Assembly: GCF_035084215.1 (NCBI RefSeq)
Contig: NW_027139264.1
Span: forward strand, 124,001 to 188,000
DNA length: 64,000 nt
Direction: 5' to 3'
Source of the DNA: Heptranchias perlo
Taxonomy: Eukaryota
Position 1 is the first letter of the stretch. Every line of letters begins with the position of its first letter. A program made the position numbers and the translations under genes. Shown piece after piece: positions 35,201-49,289 of the stretch. Under the pieces are notes generated by a model. That model made no database searches and had not been told where the DNA came from. It was given only the letters and a program-made list of their open reading frames with translations.

Positions 35201-38200
35201 TCATACACACTCACTCCCCCCTCTCCCTCCCTCCCTCCCACTCTCACATACACACTCACTCCCCCCTCTCCCTCCCTCCCTCCCACTCTCTCATACACAC
35301 TCACTCCCCCCTCTCCCTCCCTCCCTCCCACTCTCACATACACACTCACTCCCCCCTCTCCCTCCCTCCCTCCCTCCCACTCTCACATACACACTCACTC
35401 CCCCCTCTCCCTCCCTCCCTCCCACTCTCACATACACACTCACTCCCCCCTCTCCCTCCCTCCCTCCCACTCTCACACACACACTCACTCCCCCCTCTCC
35501 CTCCCTCCCTCCCACTCTCACACACACACTCACTCCCCCCTCTCCCTCCCTCCCTCCCACTCTCACAGACACACTCACTCCCCCCTCTCCCTCCCTCCCT
35601 CCCACTCTCACATACACACTCACTCCCCCCTCTCCCTCCCTCCCTCCCACTCTCACATACACACTCACTCCCCCCTCTCCCTCCCTCCCTCCCACTCTCA
35701 CACACACACTCACTCCCCCCTCTCCCTCCCTCCCTCCCTCCCACTCTCACATACACACTCACTCCCCCCTCTCCCTCCCTCCCTCCCACTCTCTCATACA
35801 CACTCACTCCCCCCTCTCCCTCCCTCCCTCCCACTCTCACACACACACTCACTCCCCCCTCTCCCTCCCTCCCTCCCACTCTCACATACACACTCACTCC
35901 CCCCTCTCCCTCCCTCCCTCCCACTCTCACACACACACTCACTCCCCCCTCTCCCTCCCTCCCTCCCACTCTCACATACACACTCACTCCCCCCTCTCCC
36001 TCCCTCCCTCCCACTCTCACATACACACTCACTCCCCCCTCTCCCTCCCTCCCTCCCACTCTCACACACACACTCACTCCCCCCTCTCCCTCCCTCCCTC
36101 CCACTCTCACATACACACTCACTCCCCCTCTCCCTCCCTCCCTCCCACTCTCACATACACACTCACTCCCCCCTCTCCCTCCCTCCCTCCCACTCTCACA
36201 TACACACTCACTCCCCCCTCTCCCTCCCTCCCTCTCACTCTCACATAAACACTCACTCCCCCCTCTCCCTCCCTCCCTCCCACTCTCACAGACACACTCA
36301 CTCCCCCCTCTCCCTCCCTCCCTCCCAATCTCACACACACTCACTCCCCCCTCTCCCTCCCTCCCTCCCACTCTCACATACACACTCACTCCCCCCTCTC
36401 CCTCCCTCCCACCCACTCTCACATACACACTCACTCCCCCCTCTCCCTCCCTCCCTCCCACTCTCTCATACACACTCACTCCCCCCTCTCCCTCCCTCCC
36501 TCCCACTCTCACATACACACTCACTCCCCCCTCTCCCTCCCTCCCTCCCTCCCTCCCACTCTCACATACACACTCACTCCCCCCTCTCCCTCCCTCCCTC
36601 CCACTCTCACATACACACTCACTCCCCCCTCTCCCTCCCTCCCTCCCACTCTCTCATACACACTCACTCCCCCCTCTCCCTCCCTCCCTCCCACTCTCAC
36701 ATACACACTCACTCCCCCCTCTCCCTCCCTCCCTCCCACTCTCACATACACACTCACTCCCCCCTCTCCCTCCCTCCCTCCCACTCTCACACACACACTC
36801 ACTCCCCCCTCTCCCTCCCTCCCTCCCACTCTCACACACACACTCCCCCCTCTCCCTCCCTCCCTCGCACTCTCACATACACACTCACTCCCCCCTCTCC
36901 CTCCCTCCCTCCCACTCTCACATACACACACACTCCCCCCTCTCCCTCCCTCCCTCCCACTCTCATACACACACTCACTCCCCCCTCTCCCTCCCTCCCT
37001 CCCACTCTCTCATACACACTCACTCCCCCCTCTCCCTCGCTCCCTCCCACTCTCACATACACACTCACTCCCCCCTCTCCCTCCCTCCCTCCCACTCTCA
37101 CACACACACTCACTCCCCCCTCTCCCTCCCTCCCTCCCACTCTCTCATACACACTCACTCCCCCCTCTCCCTCCCTCCCTCCCACTCTCACACACACACT
37201 CACTCCCCCCTCTCCCTCCCTCCCTCCCACTCTCACATACACACTCACTCCCCCCTCTCCCTCCCTCCCTCCCACTCTCACATACACACTCACTCCCCCC
37301 TCTCCCTCCCTCCCTCCCACTCTCATACACACTCACTCCCCCCTCTCCCTCCCTCCCTCCCACTCTCACATACAGACTCACTCCCCCCTCTCCCTCCCTC
37401 TCTCCCACTCTCACATACACACTCACTCCCCCCTCTCCCTCCCTCCCTCCCACTCTCACATACACACTCACTCCCCCCTCTCCCTCCCTCCCTCCCACTC
37501 TCATACACACTCACTCCCCCCTCTCCCTCCCTCCCTCCCACTCTCAATTAAACACTCACTCCCCCCTCTCCCTCCCTCCCTCCCACTCTCATACACTCAC
37601 TCCCCCCTCTCCCTCCCTCCCTCTCACTCTCACATACACACTCACTCCCCCCTCTCCCTCCCTCCCTCTCACTCTCACATACACACTCACTCCCCCCTCT
37701 CCCTCCCTCCCTCCCACTCTCATACACTCACTCCCCCCTCTCCCTCCCTCCCTCTCACTCTCACATACACACTCACTCCCCCCTCTCCCTCCCTCCCTCC
37801 CACTCTCATACACACTCACTCCCCCCTCTCCCTCCCTCCCTCTCACTCTCACATACACACTCACTCCCCCCTCTCCCTCCCTCCCTCTCACTCTCACATA
37901 CACACTCACTCCCCCCTCTCCCTCCCTCCCTCCCACTCTCACATACACACTCACTCCCCCTCTCCCTCCCTCCCTCCCACTCTCACATACACACTCACTC
38001 CCCCCTCTCCCTCCCTCCCTCCCACTCTCACATACACACTCACTCCCCCCTCTCCCTCCCTCCCTCCCACTCTCACATACACACTCACTCCCCCCTCTCC
38101 CTCCCTCCCTCCCACTCTCCCTCCCACTCTCACACACACTCACTCCCCCCTCTCCCTCCCTCCCTCCCACTCTCACATACACACTCACTCCCCCCTCTCC

Positions 38201-40010
38201 CTCCCTCCCTCCCACTCTCACACACACACTCACTCCCCCCTCTCCCTCCCTCCCTCCCACTCTCACATACACACTCACTCCCCCCTCTCCCTCCCTCCCT
38301 CCCACTCTCTCATACACACTCACTCCCCCCTCTCCCTCCCTCCCTCCCTCCCTCCCACTCTCACACACACACTCACTCCCCCCTCTCCCTCCCTCCCTCC
38401 CACTCTCAATTAAACACTCACTCCCCCCTCTCCCTCCCTCCCTCCCACTCTCACACACACACTCACTCCCCCCTCTCCCTCCCTCCCTCCCACTCTCACA
38501 TACACACTCACTCCCCCCTCTCCCTCCCTCCCTCCCACTCTCACATACACACTCACTCCCCCCTCTCCCTCCCTCCCTCCCACTCTCATACACACTCACT
38601 CCCCCCTCTCCCTCCCTCCCTCCCACTCTCACATACACACTCACTCCCCCCTCTCCCTCCCTCCCTCCCACTCTCATACACACTCACTCCCCCCTCTCCC
38701 TCCCTCCCTCCCACTCTCACATACACACTCACTCCCCCCTCTCCCTCCCTCCCTCCCTCCCACTCTCACATAAACACTCACTCCCCCCTCTCCCTCCCTC
38801 CCTCCCACTCTCTCATACACACTCACTCCCCCCTCTCCCTCCCTCCCTCCCTCCCACTCTCACACACACACTCACTCCCCCCTCTCCCTCCCTCCCTCCC
38901 ACTCTCACACACACTCACTCCCCCCTCTCCCTCCCTCCCTCCCACTCTCACACACACACTCACTCCCCCCTCTCCCTCCCTCCCTCCCACTCTCACACAC
39001 ACACTCACTCCCCCCTCTCCCTCCCTCCCTCCCACTCTCACATACACACTCACTCCCCCCTCTCCCTCCCTCCCTCCCACTCTCATACACACTCACTCCC
39101 CCCTCTCCCTCCCTCCCTCCCACTCTCACATAAACACTCACTCCCCCCTCTCCCTCCCTCCCTCCCACTCTCACATAAACACTCACTCCCCCCTCTCCCT
39201 CCCTCCCTCCCACTCTCACATACACACTCACTCCCCCCTCTCCCTCCCTCCCTCCCACTCTCACATACACACTCACTCCCCCCTCTCACTCCCTCCCTCC
39301 CACTCTCACATACACACTCACTCCCCCCTCTCCCTCCCTCCCTCCCACTCTCACATACACACTCACTCCCCCCTCTCCCTCCCTCCCTCCCACTCTCACA
39401 TACACACTCACTCCCCCCTCTCCCTCCCTCCCTCCCACTCTCACACACACACTCACTCCCCCCTCTCCCTCCCTCCCTCCCACTCTCACACACACTCACT
39501 CCCCCCTCTCCCTCCCTCCCTCCCACTCTCACACACACACTCACTCCCCCCTCTCCCTCCCTCCCTCCCACTCTCACACACACACTCACTCCCCCCTCTC
39601 CCTCCCTCCCTCCCACTCTCACATACACACTCACTCCCCCCTCTCCCTCCCTCCCTCCCACTCTCACATACACACTCACTCCCCCCTCTCCCTCCCTCCC
39701 TCCCACTCTCACATACACACTCACTCCCCCCTCTCCCTCCCTCCCTCCCACTCTCACATACACACTCACTCCCCCCTCTCCCTCCCTCCCTCCCACTCTC
39801 ACACACACTCACTCCCCCCTCTCCCTCCCTCCCTCCCACTCTCACATACACACTCACTCCCCCCTCTCCCTCCCTCCCTCCCACTCTCTCATACACACTC
39901 ACTCCCCCCTCTCCCTCCCTCCCTCCCACTCTCACAGACACACTCACTCCCCCCTCTCCCTCCCTCCCTCCCACTCTCACACACACACTCACTCCCCCCT
40001 CTCTCTCCCT
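29255..40010. repeat. 45-bp C/T-rich minisatellite (ctcactcccccctctccctccctccctcccactctcacatacaca)n, about 240 units
   Basis: Direct periodicity with 2-bp and 4-bp slippage variants; almost no G on the plus strand. Confidence 0.98.
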
Positions 40011-40249
40011 CCCTCCCTCCCGCTCTCTCCCCCTCCCCCCGCTCACACACTCACCGTCAGTCTCTCACACACACAATCTCACACTCGCTCAATCTCACAC
40101 TCACATCCTCTGTCACGATCTCACACTGACTCACACACACAGTCGCACACTCACTCGCACACACTCACTCACTCTCTCACACTCACTCACTCACTCTCTC
40201 ACACTCAGTCAGTTTCAGAACCTCTCCCTCTGACCCAACATCTCTCCCT

Positions 40250-43200
40250 CCCTCACCTGTCCTCCTCTCTCTCCTCCTCACCTTTCCTCCTCTCTCTCCC
40301 CCTCACCTGTCCTCCTCTCTCTCTCCCCCTCACCTGTCCTCCTCCTCTCTCTCCTCACCTGTCCTCCTCTCTCTCTCCTCACCTGTCCTCCTCTCTCTCC
40401 CCCTCACCTGTCCTCCTCTCTCTCCTCCTCACCTGTCCTCCTCTCTCTCCTCCTCTCTCTCCCCCTCACCTGTCCTCCTCTCTCTCTCCCTCACCTGTCC
40501 TCCTCTCTCTCTCCCCCTCACCTGTCCTCCTCTCTCTCTCCCCCTCACCTGTCCTCCTCTCTCTCCCCCTCACCTGTCCTCCTCTCTCTCCCCCTCACCT
40601 GTCCTCCTCTCTCTCCCCCTCACCTGTCCTCCTCTCTCTCCCCCTCACCTGTCCTCCTCTCTCTCCCCCTCACCTGTCCTCCTCTCTCTCTCTCCCCCTC
40701 ACCTGTCCTCCTCTCTCTCCCACTCACCTGTCCTCCTCTCTCTCCCCCTCACCTGTCCTCCTCTCTCTCTCCCTCACCTGTCCTCCTCTCTCTCTCCCCC
40801 TCACCTGTCCTCATCTCTCTCTCCCCCTCACCTGTCCTCCTCTCTCTCCCCCTCACCTGTCCTCCTCTCTCTCCCCCTCACCTGTCCTCCTCTCTCTCCC
40901 CCTCACCTGTCCTCCTCCCTCTCCCCCTCACCTGTCCTCCTCTCTCTCCCCCTCACCTGTCCTCCTCTCTCTCTCCCTCACCTGTCCTCCTCTCTCTCCC
41001 CCTCACCTGTCCTCCTCTCTCTCTCCCTCACCTGTCCTCCTCTCTCTCCCCCTCACCTGTCCTCCTCTCTCTCTCCTTCACCTGTCCTCCTCTCTCTCCC
41101 CCTCACCTGTCCTCCTCTCTCTCCCCCTCACCTGTCCTCCTCTCTCTCTCCTCACCTGTCCTCCTCTCTCTCCTCCTCACCTGTCCTCCTCTCTCTCCCC
41201 CTCACCTGTCCTCCTCTCTCTCTCTCTCTCTCTCCCCCTCACCTGTCCTCCTCTCTCTCTCTCTCCCCCTCACCTGTCCTCCTCTCTCTCTCTCTCCCCC
41301 TCACCTGTCCTCCTCTCTCTCTCCTCACCTGTCCTCCTCTCTCTCCTCCTCACCTGTCCTCCTCTCTCTCCCCCTCACCTGTCCTCCTCTCTCTCCCCCT
41401 CACCTGTCCTCCTCTCTCTCCCCCTCACCTGTCCTCCTCTCTCCCCCTCACCTGTCCTCCTCTCTCCCCCTCACCTGTCCTCCTCTCTCTCTCCCTCTCA
41501 CCTGTCCTCCTCTCTCTCCCTCTCACCTGTCCTCCTCTCTCTCCCCCTCACCTGTCCTCCTCTCTCTCTCCCTCTCACCTGTCCTCCTCTCTCTCCCCCT
41601 CACCTGTCCTCCTCTCTCTCCCCCTCACCTGTCCTCCTCTCTCTCCCCCTCACCTGTCCTCCTCTCTCTCCCCCTCACCTGTCCTCCTCTCTCTCCCCCT
41701 CACCTGTCCTCCTCTCTCTCCCCCTCACCTGTCCTCCTCTCTCTCCCCCTCACCTGTCCTCCTCTCTCTCTCCCCCTCACCTGTCCTCCTCTCTCTCCCC
41801 CTCACCTGTCCTCCTCTCTCTCTCCCCCTCACCTGTCCTCCTCTCTCTCTCCCCCTCACCTGTCCTCCTCTCTCTCTCCCCCTCACCTGTCCTCCTCTCT
41901 CTCCCCCTCACCTGTCCTCCTCTCTCTCCCCCTCACCTGTCCTCCTCTCTCTCCCCCTCACCTGTCCTCCTCTCTCTCTCCCCCTCACCTGTCCTCCTCT
42001 CTCTCCCCCTCACCTGTCCTCCTCTCTCTCCCCCTCACCTGTCCTCCTCTCTCTCCCCCTCACCTGTCCTCCTCTCTCTCCCCCTCACCTGTCCTCCTCT
42101 CTCTCCCCCTCACCTGTCCTCCTCTCTCTCTCCCTCACCTGTCCTCCTCTCTCTCTCCCCCTCACCTGTCCTCCTCTCTCTCTCCCCCTCACCTGTCCTC
42201 CTCTCTCTCCCCCTCACCTGTCCTCCTCTCTCTCTCCCCCTCACCTGTCCTCCTCTCTCTCCCCCTCACCTGTCCTCCTCTCTCTCTCCTCACCTGTCCT
42301 CCTCTCTCTCCCCCTCACCTGTCCTCCTCTCTCTCCCCCTCACCTGTCCTCCTCTCTCTCCCCCTCACCTGTCCTCCTCTCTCTCTCCCTCACCTGTCCT
42401 CCTCTCTCTCTCCCCCTCACCTGTCCTCCTCTCTCTCTCCCCCTCACCTGTCCTCCTCTCTCTCCCCCTCACCTGTCCTCCTCTCTCTCTCCCCCTCACC
42501 TGTCCTCCTCTCTCTCCCCCTCACCTGTCCTCCTCTCTCTCTCCCCCTCACCTGTCCTCCTCTCTCTCTCTCTCTCCCCCTCACCTGTCCTCCTCTCTCC
42601 CCCTCACCTGTCCTCCTCTCTCTCCCCCTCACCTGTCCTCCTCGCTCTCTCCCCCTCACCTGTCCTCCTCCCTCTCCCCCTCACCTGTCCTCCTCTCTCT
42701 CTCCCCCTCACCTGTCCTCCTCTCTCTCCCCCTCACCTGTCCTCCTCTCTCTCTCCCCCTCACCTGTCCTCCTCTCTCCCCCTCACCTGTCCTCCTCTCT
42801 CTCCCCCTCACCTGTCCTCCTCGCTCTCTCCCCCTCACCTGTCCTCCTCTCTCTCCCCCTCACCTGTCCTCCTCTCTCTCTCTCCCCCTCACCTGTCCTC
42901 CTCTCTCTCTCTCCTCACCTGTCCTCCTCTCTCTCTCCCCCTCACCTGTCCTCCTCTCTCTCTCTCCCCCTCACCTGTCCTCCTCTCTCTCTCTCCTCAC
43001 CTGTCCTCCTCTCTCTCTCCCCCTCACCTGTCCTCCTCTCTCTCCCCCTCACCTGTCCTCCTCTCTCTCCCCCTCACCTGTCCTCCTCTCTCCTCCTCAC
43101 CTGTCCTCCTCTCTCTCTCCCTCACCTGTCCTCCTCTCTCTCCCCCTCACCTGTCCTCCTCTCTCTCCCCCTCACCTGTCCTCCTCTCTCTCTCTCTCCT
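40250..43200. repeat. About 28-32-bp polypyrimidine minisatellite (cccctcacctgtcctcctctctct..)n, roughly 100 units
   Basis: Invariant core ctcacctgtcctcc with variable (ct)n; the minus strand reads gacag|GTGAGg in each unit. Confidence 0.97.
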
Positions 43201-43324
43201 CTCTCTCTTTCTCCTTCTCTCTCTCTCCGTGACGGAGCCTCTGACCGTCTCCCCAGAGTGCACCGGGGCCGCGGGCGGACCGCTTTCCGAGCCGCGCGGC
43301 CTTGTGGGTAATGAACACCGCCAT
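43176..43324 (-). CDS. Candidate first coding exon of the zinc-finger gene (MAVFITHKAARLGKRS...EDR)
   Basis: Unique CpG-rich island between two arrays; gcaATGGCG start context; donor CAG|GTGAG at 43176 is phase 2, matching the phase-2 acceptor at 26702. Confidence 0.45.
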
Positions 43325-43327
43325 TGC

Positions 43328-46300
43328 TGCTCCCAGACTGACCAAAACACCAGACAGACAGGGGGGAATCCCACCATCAGTGACCGCTCCCAGACTGACC
43401 AAAACACCAGACAGACAGGGGGGAATCTCACCATCAGTCACCGCTCCCAGACTGACCAAAACACCAGACAGACAGGGGGGAATCTCACCATCAGTCACCG
43501 CTCCCAGACTGACCAAAACACCAGACAGACAGGGGGGAATCTCACCATCAGTCACCGCTCCCAGACTGACCAAAACACCAGACAGACAGAGGGGAATCTC
43601 ACCATCAATCACCGCTCCCAGACTGACCAAAAAACCAGACAGACAGGGGGGAATCTCACCATCAATCACCGCTTCCAGACTGACCAAAACACCAGACAGA
43701 CAGGGGGGAATCTCACCATCAGTGACCGCTCCCAGACTGACCAAAACACCAGACAGACAGGGGGGAATCTCACCATCAGTGACCGCTCCCAGACTGACCA
43801 AAACACCAGACAGACAGGGGGGAATCTCACCATCAGTGACCGCTCCCAGACTGACCAAAACACCAGACAGACAGAGGGGAATCTCACCATCAGTGACCGC
43901 TCCCAGACTGACCAAAACACCAGACAGACAGAGGGGAATCTCACCATCAGTCACCGCTCCCAGACTGACCAAATCACCAGACAGACAGGGGGGAATCTCA
44001 CCATCAGTGACCGCTCCCAGACTGACCAAAACACCAGACAGACAGAGGGGAATCTCACCATCAGTCACCGCTCCCAGACTGACCAAAACACCAGACAGAC
44101 AGGGGGGAATCTCACCATCAGTCACCGCTCCCAGACTGACCAAAACGACCAGACAGACAGGGGGGAATCTCACCATCAGTCACCGCTCCCAGACTGACCA
44201 AAACACCAGACAGACAGGGGGGAATCTCACCATCAATCACCGCTCCCAGACTGACCAAAACACCAGACAGACAGGGGGGAATCTCACCATCAGTCACCGC
44301 TCCCAGACTGACCAAAACACCAGACAGACAGGGGGGAATCTCACCATCAATCACCGCTCCCAGACTGACCAAAACACCAGACAGACAGGGGGGAATCTCA
44401 CCATCAATCACCGCTCCCAGACTGACTGAAACACCAGACAGACAGGGGGGAATCTCACCATCAGTCACCGCTCCCAGACTGACCAAAACACCAGACAGAC
44501 AGGGGGGAATCTCACCATCAGTCACCGCTCCCAGACTGACCAAAACACCAGACAGACAGAGGGGAATCTCACCATCAGTCACCGCTCCCAGACTGACCAA
44601 AACACCAGACAGACAGAGGGGAATCTCACCATCAGTCACCGCTCCCAGACTGACCAAAACACCAGACAGACAGAGGGGAATCTCACCATCAGTCACCGCT
44701 CCCAGACTGACCAAAACACCAGACAGACAGAGGGGAATCTCACCATCAGTGACCGCTCCCAGACTGACCAAAACACCACACAGACAGAGGGGGAATCTCA
44801 CCATCAGTGACCGCTCCCAGACTGACCAAAACACCAGACAGACAGAGGGGAATCTCACCATCAATCACCGCTCCCAGACTGACCAAAACACCAGACAGAC
44901 AGAGGGGAATCCCACCATCAGTCACCGCTCCCAGACTGACCAAAACAACAGACAGACAGAGGGGAATCTCACCATCAATCACCGCTCCCAGACTGACCAA
45001 AACACCAGACAGACAGAGGGGAATCCCACCATCAGTGACCGCTCCCAGACTGACCAAAACACCAGACAGACAGGGGGGAATCTCACCATCAGTCACCGCT
45101 CCCAGACTGACCAAAACACCAGACAGACAGGGGGGAATCCCACGGTCAGTGACCGCTCCCAGACTGACCAAAACACCAGACAGACAGAGGGGAATCTCAC
45201 CATCAGTCACCGCTCCCAGACTGACCAAAACACCAGACAGACAGAGGGGAATCTCACCATCAATCACCGCTCCCAGACTGACCAAAACACCAGACAGACA
45301 GAGGGGAATCTCACCATCAATCACTGCTCCCAGACTGACCAAAACACCAGACAGACAGGGGCGAATCTCACCATCAGTCACCGCTCCCAGACTGACCAAA
45401 ACACCAGACAGACAGAGGGGAATCTCACCATCAATCACCGCTCCCAGACTGACCAAAACAGCAGACAGACAGGGGGGAATCTCACCATCAGTCACTGTTC
45501 CCAGACTGACCAAAACACCAGACAGACAGAGGGGAATCTCACCATCAATCACCGCTCCCAGACTGACCAAAACACCAGACAGACAGGGGGGAATCTCACC
45601 ATCAGTCACCGCTCCCAGACTGACCAAAACACCAGACAGACAGAGGGGAATCTCACCATCAATCACCGCTCCCAGACTGACCAAAACACCAGACAGACAG
45701 GGGGGAATCTCACCATCAATCACCGCTCCCAGACTGACCAAAACACCAGACAGACAGAGGGGAATCCCACCATCAATCACCGCTCCCAGACTGACCAAAA
45801 CACCAGACAGACAGAGGGGAATCTCACCATCAATCACCGCTCCCAGACTGACCAAAACACCAGACAGACAGGGGGGAATCTCACCATCAGTCACCGCTCC
45901 CAGACTGACCAAAACACCAGACAGACAGGGGGGAATCTCACCATCAGTCACCGCTCCCAGACTGACCAAAACACCAGACAGACAGGGGGGAATCTCACCA
46001 TCAGTGACCGCTCCCAGACTGACCAAAACACCAGACAGACAGAGGGGAATCTCACCATCAGTGACCGCTCCCAGACTGACCAAAACACCAGACAGACAGG
46101 GGGGAATCTCACCATCAGTCACCGCTCCCAGACTGACCAAAACACCAGACAGACAGGGGGGAATCTCACCATCAGTCACCGCTCCCAGACTGACCAAAAC
46201 ACCAGACAGACAGGGGGGAATCTCACCATCAGTCACCGCTCCCAGACTGACCAAAACACCAGACAGACAGGGGGGAATCTCACCATCAGTCACCGCTCCC

Positions 46301-48740
46301 AGACTGACCAAAACACCAGACAGACAGGGGGGAATCTCACCATCAGTCACCGCTCCCAGACTGACCAAAACACCAGACAGACAGGGGGGAATCTCACCAT
46401 CAATCACCGCTCCCAGACTGACCAAAACACCAGACAGACAGGGGGGAATCTCACCATCAATCACCGCTCCCAGACTGACTGAAACACCAGACAGACAGGG
46501 GGGAATCTCACCATCAGTCACCGCTCCCAGACTGACCAAAACACCAGACAGACAGGGGGGAATCTCACCATCAGTCACCGCTCCCAGACTGAACAAAACA
46601 CCAGACAGACAGAGGGGAATCTCACCATCAGTCACCGCTCCCAGACTGACCAAAACACCAGACAGACAGAGGGGAATCTCACCATCAGTCACCGCTCCCA
46701 GACTGACCAAAACACCAGACAGACAGAGGGGAATCTCACCATCAGTCACCGCTCCCAGACTGACCAAAACACCAGACAGACAGAGGGGAATCTCACCATC
46801 AGTGACCGCTCCCAGACTGACCAAAACACCAGACAGACAGAGGGGGAATCTCACCATCAGTGACCGCTCCCAGACTGACCAAAACACCAGACAGACAGAG
46901 GGGAATCTCACCATCAATCACCGCTCCCAGACTGACCAAAACACCAGACAGACAGAGGGGAATCCCACCATCAGTCACCGCTCCCAGACTGACCAAAACA
47001 CCAGACAGACAGAGGGGAATCTCACCATCAATCACCGCTCCCAGACTGACCAAAACACCAGACAGACAGAGGGGAATCCCACCATCAGTGACCGCTCCCA
47101 GACTGACCAAAACACCAGACAGACAGGGGGGAATCTCACCATCAGTCACCGCTCCCAGACTGACCAAAACACCAGACAGACAGGGGGGAATCCCACGGTC
47201 AGTGACCGCTCCCAGACTGACCAAAACACCAGACAGACAGAGGGGAATCTCACCATCAGTCACCGCTCCCAGACTGACCAAAACACCAGACAGACAGAGG
47301 GGAATCTCACCATCAATCACCGCTCCCAGACTGACCAAAACACCAGACAGACAGGGGCGAATCTCACCATCAGTCACCGCTCCCAGACTGACCAAAACAC
47401 CAGACAGACAGAGGGGAATCTCACCATCAATCACCGCTCCCAGACTGACCAAAACACCAGACAGACAGGGGGGAATCTCACCATCAGTCACTGCTCCCAG
47501 ACTGACCAAAACACCAGACAGACAGGGGGGAATCTCACCATCAGTCACCGCTCCCAGACTGACCAAAACACCAGACAGACAGAGGGGAATCTCACCATCA
47601 ATCACCGCTCCCAGACTGACCAAAACACCAGACAGACAGGGGGGAATCTCACCATCAGTCACCGCTCCCAGACTGACCAAAACACCAGACAGACAGAGGG
47701 GAATCTCACCATCAATCACCGCTCCCAGACTGACCAAAACACCAGACAGACAGGGGGGAATCTCACCATCAATCACCGCTCCCAGACTGACCAAAACACC
47801 AGACAGACAGAGGGGAATCCCACCATCAATCACCGCTCCCAGACTGACCAAAACACCAGACAGACAGAGGGGAATCTCACCATCAATCACCGCTCCCAGA
47901 CTGACCAAAACACCAGACAGACAGGGGGGAATCTCACCATCAGTCACCGCTCCCAGACTGACCAAAACACCAGACAGACAGGGGGGAATCTCACCATCAG
48001 TCAACGCTCCCAGACTGACCAAAACACCAGACAGACAGAGGGGAATCTCACCATCAATCACCGCTCCCAGACTGACCAAAACACCAGACAGACAGGGGGG
48101 AATCTCACCATCAGTCACCGCTCCCAGACTGACCAAAACACCAGACAGACAGAGGGGAATCTCACCATCAGTGACCGCTCCCAGACTGACAAAAACACCA
48201 GACAGACAGGGGGGAATCTCACCATCAGTCACCGCTCCCAGACTGACCAAAACACCAGACAGACAGAGGGGAATCTCACCATCAGTGACCGCTCCCAGAC
48301 TGACCAAAACACCAGACAGACAGAGGGGAATCTCACCATCAGTGACCGCTCCCAGACTGACCAAAACACCAGACAGACAGGGGGGAATCTCAACATCAAT
48401 CACCGCTCCCAGACTGACCAAAACACCAGACAGACAGGGGGGAATCTCACCATCAATCACCGCTCCCAGACTGACCAAAACACCAGACAGACAGGGGGGA
48501 ATCTCACCATCAGTCACTGCTCCCAGACTGACCAAAACACCAGACAGACAGAGGGGAATCTCACCATCAGTCACCGCTCCCAGACTGACCAAAACACCAG
48601 ACAGACAGGGGGGAATCTCACCATCAATCACCGCTCCCAGACTGACCAAAACACCAGACAGACAGAGGGGAATCCCACCATCAGTGACCGCTCCCAGACT
48701 GACCAAAACACCAGACAGACAGGGGGGAATCCCACCATTG
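43328..48740. repeat. 57-bp minisatellite (gctcccagactgaccaaaacaccagacagacaggggggaatctcaccatcagtcacc)n, about 95 units, with 2053-bp higher-order duplication
   Basis: 19-codon periodicity; rare variants recur at +2053. Confidence 0.98.
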
Positions 48741-49289
48741 ATCAGCCGGGATGCGCTGTGAAGCTGGATCGCTTTCATGCCTCGATCTTCCGTGAATATC
48801 CAAGTGGAATTGGATGAGAGAGAAAAGAGAATCCAGTTCCCGATCAAGAGACATTATTATCCGGGAAGTGTCCAGTTCCCCCATCGATTCCCCGTTACAT
48901 TTGAGACTGATGGGCTTCCATGAGGAATTGTCACTTGGCCCAGGTTGTTCTTCAGCAGCTCGAATTCCATTCCACGCAGAGATTCTTTTTACAGAGAAAA
49001 CTGTAAAATACTTTTAGTTTCAGGAAAATCAACAAGTTCCCACAAAGTAAATGCGCGACCCACAGGGCTGATTGGAGAGGAATCAGTGGGTGATTGAAAC
49101 TCACAGCTCAGCAAGGAGTCTTTCCCCTTCTGAGTGTCAGAGAATTGTCCCCCAACAGCCCGTGACTTTCCATCTATTTCAATTAACGATCATAAAATCA
49201 TGGACTGGAATGTGTAATTTCCTAATGTGCCCCCTCTCCCCACACAACCTGCTTCCCCCCCAGTCCAGGGGCGCTGATCGCCGAGGGAC

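Noticed and set aside
29198-40046. ORFs of up to 2345 aa (Ser/Pro/His/Thr repeats)
   Set aside because: By-product of a 45-bp, nearly G-free unit that rarely forms stops; frames switch at slippage indels and both strands are open
870-48740. CRISPR-like arrays
   Set aside because: All arrays are head-to-tail tandem repeats with no unique spacers and no cas genes; eukaryotic context
43229-48847. ORFs of 300-1336 aa in several frames of the 57-bp array
   Set aside because: Unit length is divisible by 3, several frames on both strands are open, 1-bp indels occur, and there is no domain content
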